A DNA stretch of 64,000 nucleotides from Lama guanicoe. Lineage: Eukaryota. The stretch lies in the NCBI GenBank assembly GCA_013239625.1, contig MU053551.1, positions 12,874 to 76,873 of the forward strand, read 5' to 3'. The position numbers and the translations under genes are program-made. Under the pieces are notes generated by a model that was not told the DNA's origin, made no database searches, and was given only the letters and a program-made list of their open reading frames with translations. The stretch's first letter is position 1. The number at the start of each line of letters is the position of its first letter. Below, in pieces: positions 63,137-64,000 of the stretch.

Positions 63137-63668
63137 TTTTTTTTATTTTTTTTATTGTAGTGTAGTCAGTTTACAGTGTTGTGTCAATTTCCAGTGTACA
63201 GCATAATGCTTCAGTCATACATGAACATATATATTTTCATTTTCATATTTTTCAACATAAGTTACTATAATATATTGAATATCTCTCCCTGTGCTATACA
63301 GTAGGAACTTGTAGTTTATCTATTTTATGTGTATTAGTACCTGCAAATCTCGAACTCCCAATTTTTCCCTTCCCACCCCATTACCCCTCTGGTAACCATA
63401 AGTTTGTTTTCTATGTCTGTGAGTCTGTTTCTGTTTTGTGAATAAGTTTGTCTTTCTTTTTTTCTTTAAAGATCCCACATGTAAGTGATATCATATGGTA
63501 TTTTTCTTTCTCTTTCTGGTTTGTTTGTCTTAGAATGACAATCTCCAGGTCCATCCATGTTGCTGCAAATGGCATTATTTTATCATTTTTATGGCTGAGT
63601 AGTATTCCATTGTATAAATATACCACAGCTTCTTTATTCAGTCATCTGTCGAGGACATTTAGGTTGTT
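63137..63668 (-). mobile_element. 5'-truncated L1 with TSD
   Basis: TSD matches 13/14: cagagagagtttta (63123-63136) and cagagatagtttta (63669-63682). ORF 63411..63626 (IMPFAATWMDLEIVIL) is the ORF2p C-terminus. Confidence 0.95.
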
Positions 63669-64000
63669 CAGAGATAGTTTTAAAAAGTGCAGTGTTCCCT
63701 GAAGACAGAAAGTCTGTGCCAATGCATGAAACTCCAAAGAGATCTATATATAAGCTGTGTTATAACACATTTCTTTATTTCATTTTCATCAATGGGAAAC
63801 TAGAAAACGTTAACAGAAAATGATCAATTCTTCCAGTTTGTGCATTTGTTTGTTTTAGTTAGAATTTAAACAAAATGCTGTTATTCTCAATCAATTTCTT
63901 AGTAGAGGATGAGAATTCATTAATAGTATAACTAATTAAGGTATCTAATTATTTTAACCAGTGGGTCCATGTTGATTTTGGAGCATAAAAATCATTATCA

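Noticed and set aside
1..64000. CRISPR array, prokaryotic operon, or provirus with gag/pol/env
   Set aside because: There is no repeat-spacer periodicity and there are no long ORFs. Same-family LTR pairs (8034 and 46233) each have their own TSD, so they are separate solo LTRs and not the two ends of one provirus.

Overview
AT-rich mammalian non-coding DNA (intergenic or deep intronic), most likely camelid, judged from a Vic-1-type tRNA-derived SINE at 27257 and cetartiodactyl-type L1 3' ends. I cannot support any protein-coding gene: the ORFs in the track are chance frames, repeat remnants or read-throughs of the N gap. The window holds L1 fragments, about a dozen solo or partial ERV LTRs (several with visible target-site duplications, TSDs), MIR/L2/MLT relics, a MER8 nested in MER2, microsatellites and one 312-N gap. 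The most striking structure is six local direct duplications: about 200, 290, 250, 250 and 3041 bp, plus 137 bp around the gap. Three of them end in identical tails of 50, 50 and 51 bp after the last difference. That pattern suggests two divergent haplotypes laid end to end by a k-mer assembler rather than true duplications. Genuine-looking oddities include a TSD-flanked L1 whose 5'UTR is fused directly to mid-ORF2, an ancient 5'-inverted L1, an LTR with an internal inversion at an L1 junction, a SINE/L1-tail chimera inside one TSD, and a perfected hairpin in MER2. I did not find a novel gene system. Repeat family names come from recalled consensus motifs and need RepeatMasker/Dfam confirmation. 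Mismatch counts were made by eye.
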